NCBI RefSeq assembly: GCF_004010195.1
Contig: NC_057751.1
Coordinates: forward strand, 18,801,543-18,865,542
Direction of reading: 5' to 3'
Length of the DNA stretch: 64,000 bases
Origin: Chiloscyllium plagiosum
Lineage: Eukaryota
The position numbers and the translations under genes are program-made. Position 1 is the stretch's first letter. Every line of letters begins with the position of its first letter. Under the pieces are notes generated by a model that was given only the letters and a program-made list of their open reading frames with translations, had not been told where the DNA came from and made no database searches. Below, in pieces: positions 51,192 through 64,000 of the stretch.

Positions 51192-51488
51192 GCGGGACGG
51201 CGTGGTGGTTCAGTGGTTGGCACTGCTGCCTCACAGCGCCCGGGACCCGGATTCAATTCCGTGGAGTTTGCATGTTCTCCCCGTGTCTGCGTGGGTTTCC
51301 TCTGGGTGCTCCGGTTCCCTCCCACAATCCCAAAATGTATAGTTTTGGTGAATTGACCATGCTCAATTGCCCGTAGTGTTAAGTGCAAGGGTAAATGTAA
51401 GGGAATGGGTCTGGGAGGGTTGTTCTTCGGAAGATCGGTGTGTACTTGATGGGCTGAAGGGCCTGTTTCTACACTGCAGGGAATCTAA
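51192..51488 (+). mobile_element. tRNA-derived V-SINE (HE1-like)
   Basis: A box tggttcagtgg, B box ggattcaattcc, central ttctccccgtgtctgcgtgggtttcc and a CR1-like tail gggctgaagggcctgtttc. Confidence 0.88.
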
Positions 51489-53149
51489 GTATTTCTCAAG
51501 TTTCAAATCAAGTAATCTGTACCCATATTTATACTCAAACTTAAAATAGTTAACTTGTAAAAGACAATTAGTTAATCTGACGACGAATCAAATACTGACA
51601 GCAAATGATAAATAACTGTCCAACCTCTAAGAAGTGGTATTTTAATTTTTCTGTCCATTGACATTTCCTGGGGTAACGAGACAAAAAGTGTCACCCTGGA
51701 AAAGCAGAGAAGGTCAGGCAGCATCGGAGGAACAGGAGAGTTGACTTTTTTTTCATAACCCCTTAATCAGCCATGCAGCAACTGCAGTACTCAATTTCTC
51801 CTTTTCCCGGGGTAAACCAGTGTACATGATAGGCAGGGCTTTCTATTTCCAGAATAATATGAGTCTAGAGTATTTCATGAAACCACTGCTAAATGGAAAA
51901 TCTGGCATTAAAGAAAATTTAGTACAGTAGGGAAAGGAGGATTTCTTTTGTTTGATTTATCCCAGTTATTAGCGAATTTTCTTGTTTCCATTCAAAGCAG
52001 GAGTCATAATGGCATTTGCTCCAAAATAAATTGTAAACTAAAAGATTCAATACTGGACCTGCCTTGGGCAGGTTGTTGCTACAAAATGCGTCATGGTGTG
52101 AAATCCCATTTAGCTAAAGAAGTAAGTAGGATTTTGATCTACTGAACCGTGTTATGATTTCCTCACAGTATGGACAATCAGGCATCAGGCATGCTTTGCA
52201 CAATCAGTTCCTGGGAGCAGTTTCGCCTTTTTTCAGATTAGCAACGTCAGGAACGGGAAGATAGATTGTCGGAGAGATATAACAAATTCAACATTTCGCT
52301 ATACAAGGACCAAATATATGCCACCAGGTCATTCGAGTCTGCACCACCATATAACACGATCATGTTAGATCTGAATTTAACCTGCAGCTCATATTACTAC
52401 ATATTGTCGATAGTACATCATCTTTTTTGAGTCGCTGCCTGGAGTTGAACAGCAATGTTCAAGAAGGAATTGCGGCCGGAGAGGAGACACGCTCTGATTG
52501 CGCAATTGGTAAACGCTAAAGGGAGACTGCCTGAAGCAAAGAACAGATGATTGTGACTGGAGGAGTAAAGGTCGAACTGGAAGACCGTTTTTGGCAAGGA
52601 GCATAGGATGAGCGAATCAGTTTGGCCGGTTAGTAGGAGGAGGCTGCTGAGAAGAATCCAACCCAACTCACTTACTTGTTCAACAGTTGCAGCTCTTTTC
52701 TCACCAAGCTGTCATAGAGTTGCTCAGAGGGGTTTAGCGCATTTGGAGATCGAAGCTGCTAGCCTGTGATTCAAATACTCTGAATCCGTCAACATATCTC
52801 CCCATCTTTCTAACTTTAGCCTAATAACTATCCTCCACTATCAACCTTTGGTCCTTTCTGTCAAATTTAATTACTGGCTTGGGGAAAAAGGGGGAACTTT
52901 GGCTAATAATTCAGGTTGTTAGTTTGTAGTTTGTGAATTTTTATCAAGCCATTCCTCGAATTTTGTTTGGTGCCTTTCACTGGAGGAGTGAATAGTTATT
53001 CTTTTTTTTCATAAAGTAAACGTTGTCAGAAGTCTTGATAATATGTAGAACTCGGGGAGAGAAAATTTAGACGCACGTCAAATTCGAATAGTTCATGCAA
53101 TACAAAGAAAATTTCATTAAGTTACGTACCAATGGTTTTCCTCTTAGCG

Positions 53150-54050
53150 TCTGATCGAGTGGTTAATTCGGTGTCGGTTGGATGAATTTCTGCTGTGCCT
53201 CCCAAATTACCCCAGAAAATCCTATCAGTGAAGCTCAACCATTTTGTCTGCTAGCTTCCCATTCTGATCCATTCTGGCCAGCTCCTTCCTTATGTCTTTG
53301 TTTTTAATTTCCCTCAATTATAAAACCGTTGCATCTGAGTCTAATTTTGCCCTCTCAAACTTCGGGGTGACTTCTACCATATTGTAGCGACTGCTCCAAC
53401 GAATTTGTTCATATTAAGGTACCTACCCAAGACTGCTTCATGGCACATCACGGAATCCACAATTGCTTGTTTCTTCGTGTGCTCTGTTACTAGTTGCTGC
53501 AAAACAAGGTGGACATTCTACGAATTCCTTTTCTTAGTATCTACTGTCAAATCATTTTTCCCAGTCTACGAAATTGAAGGCCCTATGAGAAAAGTAGCAG
53601 TGTTACTTTTATGTGCATTTTACAGTCTCAACTCCACATATAACGTCTCCAAGCCTTACAACTGTATATAGAATATATAACATAGAACATAGAACACTAC
53701 AGCCCATCAGCCCTCGATATTGCGCAGACCTGTGAAACCAATCTGAAGTCCTTCTATCCTACACTGTTCCATTATCATCCATACGTTTATCCACGTCTCC
53801 TATCGATTTCACTTCTCACTAACAAGGCAAACCGACCCTCTCTGTCCAATTGCTTGTCCTTTCCATAGAATGCATACCCTTGGAAATTTAGCTCTGAACC
53901 CTCACCCTGTTTGAGCAATATCTCTCTGATACTCACGAAATTATATCTATCAATTTTAATCTTTGCTACAATCTCATTTACCTTGTTTCGTATACTGCAT
54001 GCATTTAAGTACACCATCCTCAGTGGAGTATTGACCTTTCTTATGATCAA
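53150..54050 (-). mobile_element. Decayed CR1 EN region with a short CR1 3' tail insert (~53680-53790)
   Basis: ORF 53787-54050 reads YLNACSIRNK; catagaacatagaac tail at 53680. Confidence 0.7.
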
Positions 54051-54059
54051 AGAGAAGAG

Positions 54060-56095
54060 TCAGAGCTAGTACTATGAGGATGTATTTAATTGGGGAAGGG
54101 GGAATTATCATGCAATTAAGCTGAAACTGGGGCGCCCAAACTGGGAGCATATGTTCTCAGGGAAATGTACAACAGCAAAGTGGAAGTTGCTTGGGAAGCA
54201 CCTGCTGATAGTGCAGCATAGGCTTGTCCCATTAAGGCAAGGAAGGCATGGTAGAAACTTGCGTGACAAAGATGTCGTGCATCTAATCAAGTGGAAAAAG
54301 AAGCTTACTTAAGGTTAAGGAGGTAGGGATCATACAGGACTTTAGAGGTGTACAATGTAACCGTGAAGGAACTGAAAAATGGACTTACGAGAGCTAGAAG
54401 GAGGCATGACAAAGCTTTAGCGGGTAGAATGAAGGAAAGTCCTAAGGCATTGTACACTTACCTGAGGAACAGGAGGATGGCCAGAGTGAGGGTAGGACCA
54501 CTCAGGAATAGTGGAGGGTAGTTTTACATGGAGTCGGAGGAAGTAGGGCAGGTCCTTAATGTATATTTGGCTTCAGTATTCACTACTCTGAGGTACGTCA
54601 GAGAACATCGTGAAACAGACCGATAGGCTCGAACAGGTTGAAGTTAAGAAGGAGGATTGGCGAAGACTTTGAAAAACATGCGGATATATAAATTCCCTGG
54701 GCCAGATAGGATACATCCGAGGTTATGGCAGGAAGTGAGGAAAGAGATTCCTGCGCCTTTGAAGATGATCTTTGCATACTGACTGTCCATTGGCGTGCAA
54801 ACAGGTTATTAGAGGGTGGCAAATGTTATTATCTTGTTCAAGAAAGGGAATGGGGATAATCCTGGGAATTACACATCAGTCAGTCTTACGTCTGTGATGG
54901 GTAAATATTGGAGAGAATTGCGAGAGACAGGATTTATGAATACTTGGAAAACCACAGTTTGATTAGAGATGGTCAGCATGGCTTTGTGAGGGACCGGTCA
55001 TGCATCACATGCCTTTTTGAATTCTTTGAAGATGTGATAAAACACGCAGAAGAAGGCAGAATAGTCGAGGTGGTGTACACGGATTTTAGCAAGGCGTTTG
55101 GCAACGTTCCTGATGTAGACTTCTTCAGTAAGTGAGGAGGCATTGGGATACAGGCAAACCTATCTGTCTGGATACAGAATTGGCCGGCCCACAGAAGACA
55201 GAGGGTGTTGGTAGATGCAAATTATTCAGCATGGAGCTCAGTGATCGTCGTGTTCAGCAGTGATTGGTTGTCGGACTTCTACTGTTTGTGATTTTTATAA
55301 ATGACTCAGATGAGAAAGTGGAAGCTTTGTCAATGACACGAATTTTGATAGAGTTGTGGATAGTGTGGATGGATGACGTAGTTTTCAACAGAGCATTCAC
55401 AGGATGCGCAGCTGGGCTGAGAGGTGGCAGATAGAGTTCAACCTCGAAAAGCACGAAGTGATTCACTTTGGATTTTCGAATTTGAACGCAGAACACCCCG
55501 TTAAATGCAGAAATGTTGGCAGTGTGGAGAAGCAGATGAATCTTACTGACCTGTTCGATGGTATTGTTAAGAAGGCATATGGTGTGTTTGCTTTCATTAG
55601 TGGTGGTGGGGATTGAGTTTCTTAGCCAAGAGGTTATGCTACATCTCTACAGAGCCCTGGTTTGACCATACTTGGAGTATGGCGTCTGAGGAAATTGGGG
55701 AAGCAATAAACAAATATTTTTCATCAGCAATTACACTGTAAAAAGACAATGTTGTCAAGGGGAATGCTGTGAAACAGGCTATTGGACGAAATAGGATTGA
55801 GGTTCGCAAGGACAAGGTTTCAGAAAATCTGGGAAGTGTGAAAACAGATAAATCCCATGGGTAAAATTGGATTTATCTGATGATTCTCTGGGAAGCCAGG
55901 GAGGAGATTTCCGAGCCTTGACTCTGATCTTTATGTCGTCATTGTCTACAGGATTAGTATCAGTAGACTGGAAGATAGCAAATGCTGTTCCCTTGCTCAA
56001 GAAGGGGAGTAGAGAAAACCCTCATGATTATACACCAGTGAACTTTATGTCAGTTGTTTGTTAAACGTTAGAAAAAGGTTATATGGGATAAGATT
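54060..56095 (+). mobile_element. Decayed CR1 ORF2 fragments (two adjacent pieces)
   Basis: QHGFVRDRSC..VVYTDFSKAF (54908-55135), WAERWQIEFN, and a second piece with DWKIANAVPLLKKG (55867-56064). Confidence 0.82.
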
Positions 56096-56099
56096 AACA

Positions 56100-59000
56100 A
56101 CTCTCTGAGATTAGCGCCAACCTCTGATATCTCCCTGCAATCTTCCAATTACTGTTAAAATTATTCCCCCTAGTGATACCATTTCAACAATGGTAAAACA
56201 TCTCTGGCGTCCATTCTATCTATGCCTCTCATCAGCTTGTATACATCTATCAAGTCAGCACGCACACCTCTTCGGTCCAATGAGCAAAGCCCTCATTTCC
56301 TCGACCTTCTATCATGAGACATGTACTCCAGTTCAGGTAGTGTTCTGGTGAATCTCGTCTGCATCCTCTCTAAAGCTTCCACATTCCTTTAATGAGGCGA
56401 CCAGAATTGAGTACAAGTGTGGTCCTACCGGCAACTTAATGTCGCGACTCTTAATATCAGTCCCACAGCTACTGAAAGCCAACACACCATCAACATAGTT
56501 AACAGCCTTACCAACTTGACTGGCAACATTTTGGGAAGTAAGGACGTGGACCCCAACGTTATGACAAGGGGGAAAACGCTATGCTAATTTAAGCACAACA
56601 CAGGGAGAAACTCCCCTCAGGCCATAATCTGTTAAATTTCGACAAAGACATTTCAAAGGTCACTATTTAAAGTAAAGATTAATAATTGTATTTCATAAGT
56701 CCAACAGAGAATATTAAAACCAACAATTATTTGCAGCTTCTTTCTGTGATAACTATCTCTTTCCTCCCTACCTGCAATACAAGTCCGATAAAAAAACGAT
56801 TGAGATGTACAAAAAATGTAGTTTTCAAACCAGCCAGTATTCTGCTTCACAGGTCTTTCATATGACCAAGTACATTTCAGAGAGCTTTTAGGCTAGCAAT
56901 CTATACTTGTTGTTTTTCTTGGCAGTTCTCTCCATAACTGTTCAAAATGTTCGGTTCATTACCAAAACCTTGCTTCGTTTCATTGGTCTGATGTTGTCAA
57001 AATACTAAATCCACATTTGGCAGAAGTTTGGTATCTGGGGGATAATTTAACCTGATTGGACGAATTTGAAGTTGTTTTCATATTATGGCACCTCAGCTAC
57101 ACAATTAGTTTCACAATCAGGTATTACATTTTAAATTCTTCCAGCACACTATGTGTCTCCCTGAGTCCATGCCAGCTTCCAGTCACTCGTACAGGTGCAG
57201 TACACATCTACACCTTCATAACACTCAAGATCCCTCTTTTCCTCCACACTGCCAAGATTCCTGCCTTTAATCCTTCATCTGCATTCACAGTTGATCTTCC
57301 GAAATGAATCTCTTCACATTTTTACAGGTTGAACTCGATCTGCTATTTATCAGCACAGCTCTCCAGCCAGTCAATGTCCTCCTTCAACTCACAATAGCCC
57401 TCCACACTATCCATAACTACACCAACTTTTGTGTCATCGACAAAATTACTGACACACCCTTCCACTACCTCATTCAGGTCATTTTAAATAATCACAAAGA
57501 TCAGAGGTCCCAGAAGAGATCACTGCAGAATTCTACTCCGAACCAAGCTCCGGGCTGAAATACCTTCCATCTATTACCACACTCTCTCTCATATGGGACA
57601 GCCCATTCTGTATGCAGACATCGTGTTTTCTTCTATCTCATGCCTCCATACTTTCTGAATGAACCTATCATGGGGAACCTTATCAAGCACCTTGCTAAAA
57701 TCCATATGCACCAGATCCACTGCTCGACTTCAGCAATGTGCTTTGCAACATCCATTCATTATGAAACTGCCCCAGTTCTTCCACCTCTAAATCGAAATGC
57801 CCTCCACTATCCGTGATCGGCCCTACCCGATCACTGGCCATAAGTGTAGTACACCTTGGAGATTTCGATAATCATAACTGCCAAGGTTTTGTCATTCCCA
57901 TTCTCGCTCACCAAATCGACTCTTCAGTTCCTTCCTGGCTACGTTGTAAAGTCTATAGTCCTGTCTGATCCTTGCTTCCTCAATTTTAAGTAAGCTTCCT
58001 TCTTCCTTGGCACTGAATGTTACACATATCTTGTCATACAAGGTTATTCAACCATCGATCCCTTATTTCAGTTGAACAAACCTATCCAGCAGTATCAGCA
58101 AGTGCTCCCTCCACATTTCTGTCGTTCCTTTACGTGACAATATCTTCGCCCAACTTATGCTGCACAGTCCTTGCCTAATAATACTGTAATCCCCCTCCCC
58201 CACCCCAATTAAGTACTTTCCCATAACAGCTGCTGCTATCTTTTTCCATTACTATAGTAAAGGTCTTGGAGTTGTGATCACAATCACCGAAATGATCTCC
58301 AAACGAGAGTTCTGACATCTGACATAGTTCGTTGCTAAACAGCAAATTCAATGTGGCCTCACCTCTAGTCGGTCTATCTACATATTGAGTTGGGAAAGCT
58401 TCCTGGACACACCTGACAAAAACTGCTCTGTCAAAACTACTTGCATGAAGGAGGTTCCATCAATATCAGGGAAATTGAAATCACCCAGGGCAACAAACCC
58501 GTTAATTCCAAACCTTTCCAAAATCTGTTTCCAATCTCCCAATCAGCTCACACACGCCTCCGTTACTATTGGGGATCTTTAGAAACCTTCCAATGAAGTC
58601 ACTATTCCTTTCCTGTTTCTCTACCACCAATTATGTCTCAGTAGACAAACCATCCTCGACTACTTTTTTTCTGCAGCTCTAATGCTATCTCTGATTAACA
58701 ATACCATTCCCCAATCTCTTTTACCTCCCTCCCAATTTCTTTTCAAACGTCTAAACGCTGGAACATCCAACAAACATTCCTCCCTCTGTGATATCTAAGT
58801 TTCTGTAATGGCCACAACATTGTGACTCCAGTTTAAGTTCATTAACATTATTACTGGCACTTCTTTCGTTAAAATAGACACACTTAAAACAATCACACTG
58901 CCCTTTCAACTGTCTACACCTCCTCATAAACTCTCTGCAAGCTGTATCCGGCTGGTCACTGCCCATTCGATCATCTGATTTGTAACTACTTTAAACACTC

Positions 59001-59430
59001 AAAAAACCTATACAGAGCCTCCTGCCCAGGATATTTGGTATCCTGAGACAAGTCACATCCCTGCAGATATGATCCATATATCTGAAGCCGTCCCTCCTAA
59101 ACCAGCTCCGAAGCCACGTGTTCAAATGCATTTGCTTTCTGTTCTTAGCTTCACTCGCCATTGGCACCGGTAGCAATCCTAAGATTCCTACTCTGTTTAT
59201 CCTGCTTTTCGGTTTACAACCTAACTCCTTTCAGATCCTCATCATTTTCTCCTAGCTACGTCATTGATACCGAAGTGTGAGATGGATTCTAGCTGCTCAC
59301 GTTCCCTCTGAACAATACAATAAACTCAATCCGAGACAATCTTGACCCTGGAACCCGGGAAGCAACACACAAACCAAGAGTCGCATTTACGACTGCAGAA
59401 TGCCTGATGTCTTCCTCTAACTATTGAATT
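56100..59430 (-). mobile_element. Decayed long CR1 LINE (ORF1 esterase to ORF2 end) interrupted by a solo LTR
   Basis: ORF1-like LPVPMASEAKNRK..LNTWLRSWFRRDGFRYMDH, EN CVYFNERS, and RT gggaaccttatcaagcaccttgctaaaatccat. Confidence 0.82.
56557..57223 (-). mobile_element. Solo LTR (Gypsy/Gmr1-like)
   Basis: Ends (c)gttatga...tcataaca, with a 5-bp TSD-like cccaa/ctcaa that restores the CR1 sequence ggaccccaagatccc. Similar to the LTR at 60038-60732 (ctatttaaagtaaa, ctacacctt.ataaca). Confidence 0.8.
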
Positions 59431-59444
59431 TCAGATGAATGGTT

Positions 59445-60036
59445 TTGTTTTCAATCATCAGTTCACTCGTGTGAATGCAAGTAGGATGACTGCGTGACTT
59501 TTTCCCGCATTTACTGAAGGTGAATAGTATTTATCAAGTCTAAGTTCTCTAATATAAATGTAGGTGTGGTAACGGAACGTATCTCTTCCTGCAGTCACAG
59601 CAGGTGAGCAGTTTCTCCCAAGTATGCGTTCTCTGGTGCTCACATAACCTGGAAGACTGAAAATCCCTTCCCAACACTTCGATCAATAAACGGTTCTCTC
59701 CACTATGAGTTCCCTGGTGTGATTTTAAGTTCGCTAACTGAGTGAATTTCTTCCCACACTTAGAAGTTGAATGCAATTTCTCCAGTGTGAGTTCTGTGAT
59801 GTTGATGCAAGTGAGTTTATGAGCGAATCCCTTGCTACATTCAGGGCAAGGAAACGATTTGTCTCTAGTGTGAGTTAACTGGTGCTTAAGTAAAGTAAAT
59901 GGCCTCGTGAATCCCATCCTGCAACTAGAGCAGACGAACGGTTTCTTTCTAGTGTGAGTTCTCTGGTGCACAGATTATTTGTATTTCTGAACCAAAGTCT
60001 TCCAGCAGTCAGAGCAGGTGAACGGTTTTTCTCCCT
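59445..60036 (-). pseudogene. Decayed C2H2 (Kruppel-type) zinc-finger array, ~7 fingers
   Basis: GEKPFTCSDC...*SVHQRTHTRKKPFVCSSC..HQLTHTRDKSFPCPEC..CGKKFTQLANLKSHQGTHSGE. In-frame stop, frameshifts and lost Cys/His residues. Confidence 0.85.
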
Positions 60037-60037
60037 G

Positions 60038-63000
60038 GTTTTACGACACGGGGTCCACCCTCCCGCTTATTTTAACACAGTAACCCAGAAAAGATATATC
60101 CCGTACAGTAATCTGTAAAGATTAAAGAGGCCAATAACTATTTAAAGTAAAAATTGACAACTTTATTTCTGAAAGAATACAGAGATTGATTTACTGACAA
60201 CTATTTCAGCTCCTTGCTCTACCTTATCTTCCATCTTCCCTTGTATAATACTAGTCCTATTAAACTCCCCATTAAGGTTTACAAAATAAACTTCTCACAA
60301 AACCAGGCAGTTTTCAGTTCTTCTCTGTATTCCTGCCATCTTTTCTTCTTCTTGGGGACTCTGGTTCATGGGTTACTGATCGACAAAGGTACCTGTAAGA
60401 AAGCTATTTTTCAGGCAGTCTTTTTTGGTACCTTGGCAGTTCCCCTCCCAACTGTTCACTTTTCCCATGTCTTGTACCCACAAAGCATCGGACTGTGTCA
60501 TTGACTTTTCAGACTATCAATATACTAAACTCAAACTTGATTGGAATTTCCTATTTTCTGGTCTTCATTTAAATTGGTTGGCCAAATTCGAATTTGCTTT
60601 TGTCTCATACCAACTCAGCCAGTGCTATCTTTTCTGAACCAAATGTTACATTGTAAACTCTCCAGCTCTCGGTATGTTTGCCAAGTCCTTCACTCTCTTG
60701 AAGGTACACTACACTTCTACACCTTGATAACACCTCCCTAATAAGTAAATCAAGAACCATCATGATGAAAATATTACATCAATTTTCTTTCTATTCTATT
60801 AACACATTACCCTAACATGGTGGATGTTGGTCTTCTGCGAAAAGTAACCAACTGGCAGTTAAATCTCATCATCATCTTCACGTAGCAGTCCAGCTCCAAC
60901 TCTAATGTCACGAGCATCCATGGTGACTTCAAAGGTTTTTGAAAGGTTTTGTGAAGTTAAAACGGATTTGGTGGTTGACATGACTTTCAAATGATTGCTT
61001 GCCTCCTGGCATAGTTGTGTCCACCAAACCTTTGTGTTCTTCTTCAGCAAATCACTTAACCTTGCCACTACACTGCTGAAGTTGGGAACAAACTTCCGGC
61101 AGAATCCCCTGAGTCCTACGAATCAAAGGACCTCTTTCTTCGATTGTGGAAATTCCTCGACGACTTTCGTCTTTATGTTCCATCATTCAACCTTTTGTAA
61201 CTTTTATGATGTTGTGCCCCAAGAACATGAATTCAGCTTTTGCGAGTTCCGTTTTATTTAAGTGTACAAACAGTTATGCTTCTTGTCTTCGTTCAAAGAG
61301 CTCTGCCAACTGTACAACCATGTGATCTTTGCAGCAGTCGCTCAAGATCACTACATCGTCTAAATAGACTACACAGTTTGTCAATTCAGCCACAACTTTG
61401 TTCATGAGTCTTTGGAATGTAGTGGGTGTGTTCTTCATTCCAAAGGGCATCACTTTATGCTGATACATCCCATTTGGAGTTACAAACACAGACATTTATT
61501 TCGCCATCTCTGGTTAAGGCACCTTCCAGCAAAACAACAATATGTCCAACTTGGTGATGTAACTGGCTTGTCAGAATTGGATGAGTCTGATTTTTTAATG
61601 GTGTTGACCAACTGATAATCCACGCATAATTGTTTAGTACCGTCCAGTTTGGGAACTAAGAGGATCATCAAACTTCTCTCGGTCTGCCTTAGTTCGATGA
61701 TGTCCTCGTCGTACATGGCCTCCACCACCATCTGGATCTGTCTGGCTTTGAAAGGGTTAAACCGATAAAGGTGTTGTTTTACCTTAGCAGTATTCCCTCC
61801 CTTCATGTACAATAGCATTAGTTCTTCATATCTGATTCTTACATATGTCTGTCAACTGAAGGAACAAATCTTTAAACTGCGTTTTATGCTCCAGAGATAT
61901 ATAGCTCACTAACCTATCCCACTCCTCGGAGACTTGTTCAGTTTTTAATCGATTTTGAGGCAGCTCAAAATACAAATCATCTGAATATGATTTCTCAACC
62001 TGCGGGGCAGTAATGAACACCTGTTTCTCCAATGTTTTCTCTCGAGTATGATACGCTTCCAACATGTTCACATGACATACCCAATACTTTTGTCTTCTAT
62101 CTGGCATCTTTAATAGCTAGTTCACCCCACTCAACTTTTTCTGTATTTCACTGGGGCCACTGAACCTGGCTTTGAAGCGATCACCTATCACTGGTAACAG
62201 GACTAACACATTATCCCTTCTGGAAAATGTCTGAGTCTCTGATCATTTAGCTACCACCTGCTTCATTGTCTCTGTGTCCTATTTTGGTGCAGTTTATCAA
62301 ACTCACCTGCTCGATTTAATCTCTCCCTTACCTCCGATACATAAATTATGTGTGAGATCTCCGATTGTGGTCCTGTCACTATTTTTTCCAATAAATTTCA
62401 ATTCATGATCGATTATTAACTCAAAGGGAGTGAAATGAGTTGATTATTTAGGGACATCTCTAATGGCCAATAATGCGAATGGGATACCATCATCCCAATC
62501 ATTCGGGTAGTCCTGACAGTATGCGCTCAACATGTTCTTCAGGCTCTGTTGCTAACTTTCCAAAGCACTATGAGATTCAGAATGATACTCCGTGGATTTA
62601 AAGTGCTTTGTACTTAAGCTATCCATAACCTCCTTCAATAACCTAGCAGTAAACGTTGACCCTTGGTCTGACTGAATCTCTCTGGTTAGCTCATACCGTG
62701 TGAAGAAAGCTGCTAACTCCTTTACCATTTTTTTGCCTTGATACTCCGCAATGGAGATGCCTCCAGAAATCTGGTAGGCACATGTATTATAGTTAACAAG
62801 TAGTGGTCCCCACTTTTAGTTCTCGGGAAGGGACCTCTACGCTTGAAAGGTTCTTCAAATGTATGAATTGGCAACAAAGGTTCTGGTTTTATAACTGCAT
62901 GTGGCTTAACTACTATTTGGCATGTATGACACGGACAGCAAAAGTTAACAATATTCCAGGCCAATAGAATGTTTCTGTACCATTGTCTGAGTCTTTTGTA

Positions 63001-64000
63001 GCCCGAAATGAACTACTCCAGGTAGTTCATGTGCGATCCATAACAGCTTCGGTCTGTATGCTGCCAGCAACACAATCTGATGCACTTTGGCCCAGTTCCT
63101 CTCTGCACTGACAAACTGTGGTCTCCATATCCATTTTAAGACTCTCTATTGCAGATAATAACCCTCCTGAGTATTCTTTGCCTCATTTTCAGAGTATGCA
63201 ATCACATATATTTATTTTATCATCTTGTTTTGCTGTTGCAAAACTCTGACCCTTCCAGGACTGAACACTTTTGTCTGTTCGCGGTTTTTCTTGCAACATT
63301 ACGTAAAATAGGGTATCTACTGACTGAACCTCAACTCCTTAATCTTTGTCTTTATTTCTCGCTTCGGGCTAGGACTTAGGATAGTGGGATTGGTATATCG
63401 CAAAGTCTGGGAAAATATCAGGATATTTCTGTTCTAACTCCTCAGTTTCTAGGACATCCTTAAGGTACTCCACAAGAATGGATGCCACTCCCACCTTCGA
63501 CCCTGCCAAATCATTCCCAAGAACAAACTGAATTTCTGGAACTATCACTCTTTCAATCAGTCACACTGTATCTTCGCCAGTCTTGATTTGGCACTTCAAC
63601 CTGATTTTATATAGGCAAAAGCTAAATTATATCCATATAATCCCACAAATTTACACACTCTCATGTAATATATCAGAAAGAGTACATATTTTGTCATCTG
63701 TTACTGTCAGCGACAGGTCAGATCCTGTATCTCTCAAAATTATAACTTGTTATCCTTCTTCCCCTGTTTTTTTCTGAGTAACGTTTAGCCAGATAGGCGA
63801 GTTTTTCCATATCCAGCACCTACCAAAGCTGTGCAATCTCCTCGGATCTTCTTGTGTCTACTTTACAACCTCCATTAAGGTCACGGGCTTAAATTCTACC
63901 ACATCTTTTACAACACCACCCTTCTTTAACAATCAGCACTGTGAATTTACGTTTCCCACTTTAAGACAGTGGAAACACCTGCCGCCTTTTACCTTCTTGC
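60038..64000 (-). mobile_element. Gmr1-like Gypsy LTR retrotransposon (gag end-PRO-INT-RT-partial RNH-PPT-3' LTR), decayed; runs off the window end
   Basis: Minus-strand order: Zn knuckle CFHC (~63970), protease IILRDTGS (~63730), integrase (CHTCQ, GPFPRTKSG, IQSDQGS; 63050-62450), RT (PFGMKNTPTTFQRLM..YLDD; 61800-61270), RNH start (DARDIRVGA), PPT agggagg, then LTR TGTTATCA from 60732 to ~60038. Confidence 0.9.

Noticed and set aside
51192..51262. tRNA gene
   Set aside because: The A/B boxes continue into a SINE body and CR1-like tail. It is a SINE head, and no full cloverleaf is evident.

Overview
This is eukaryotic, repeat-dominated vertebrate DNA. The CR1 LINE, V-SINE and Penelope-derived repeat families suggest a cartilaginous fish (shark); that assignment is inference. 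The only intact protein-coding gene I can support is a two-exon GPR139/GPR142-like class A GPCR on the minus strand (exon 1 49641-49572, exon 2 49154-48262, 320 aa). The rest is mostly nested CR1 LINEs, Gmr1-like Gypsy LTR retrotransposon fragments and LTRs, tRNA-derived SINEs, Penelope-like elements with minimal hammerhead-ribozyme motifs, and a decayed C2H2 zinc-finger exon abutted by an LTR. Structural features include an old ~4 kb segmental duplication (~3950-8360 vs ~31000-34630) whose two copies carry different insertions, several local tandem duplications, and at least two short segments copied from 2-4 kb away into small deletions. Most short ORFs in the supplied track are repeat-derived or spurious.
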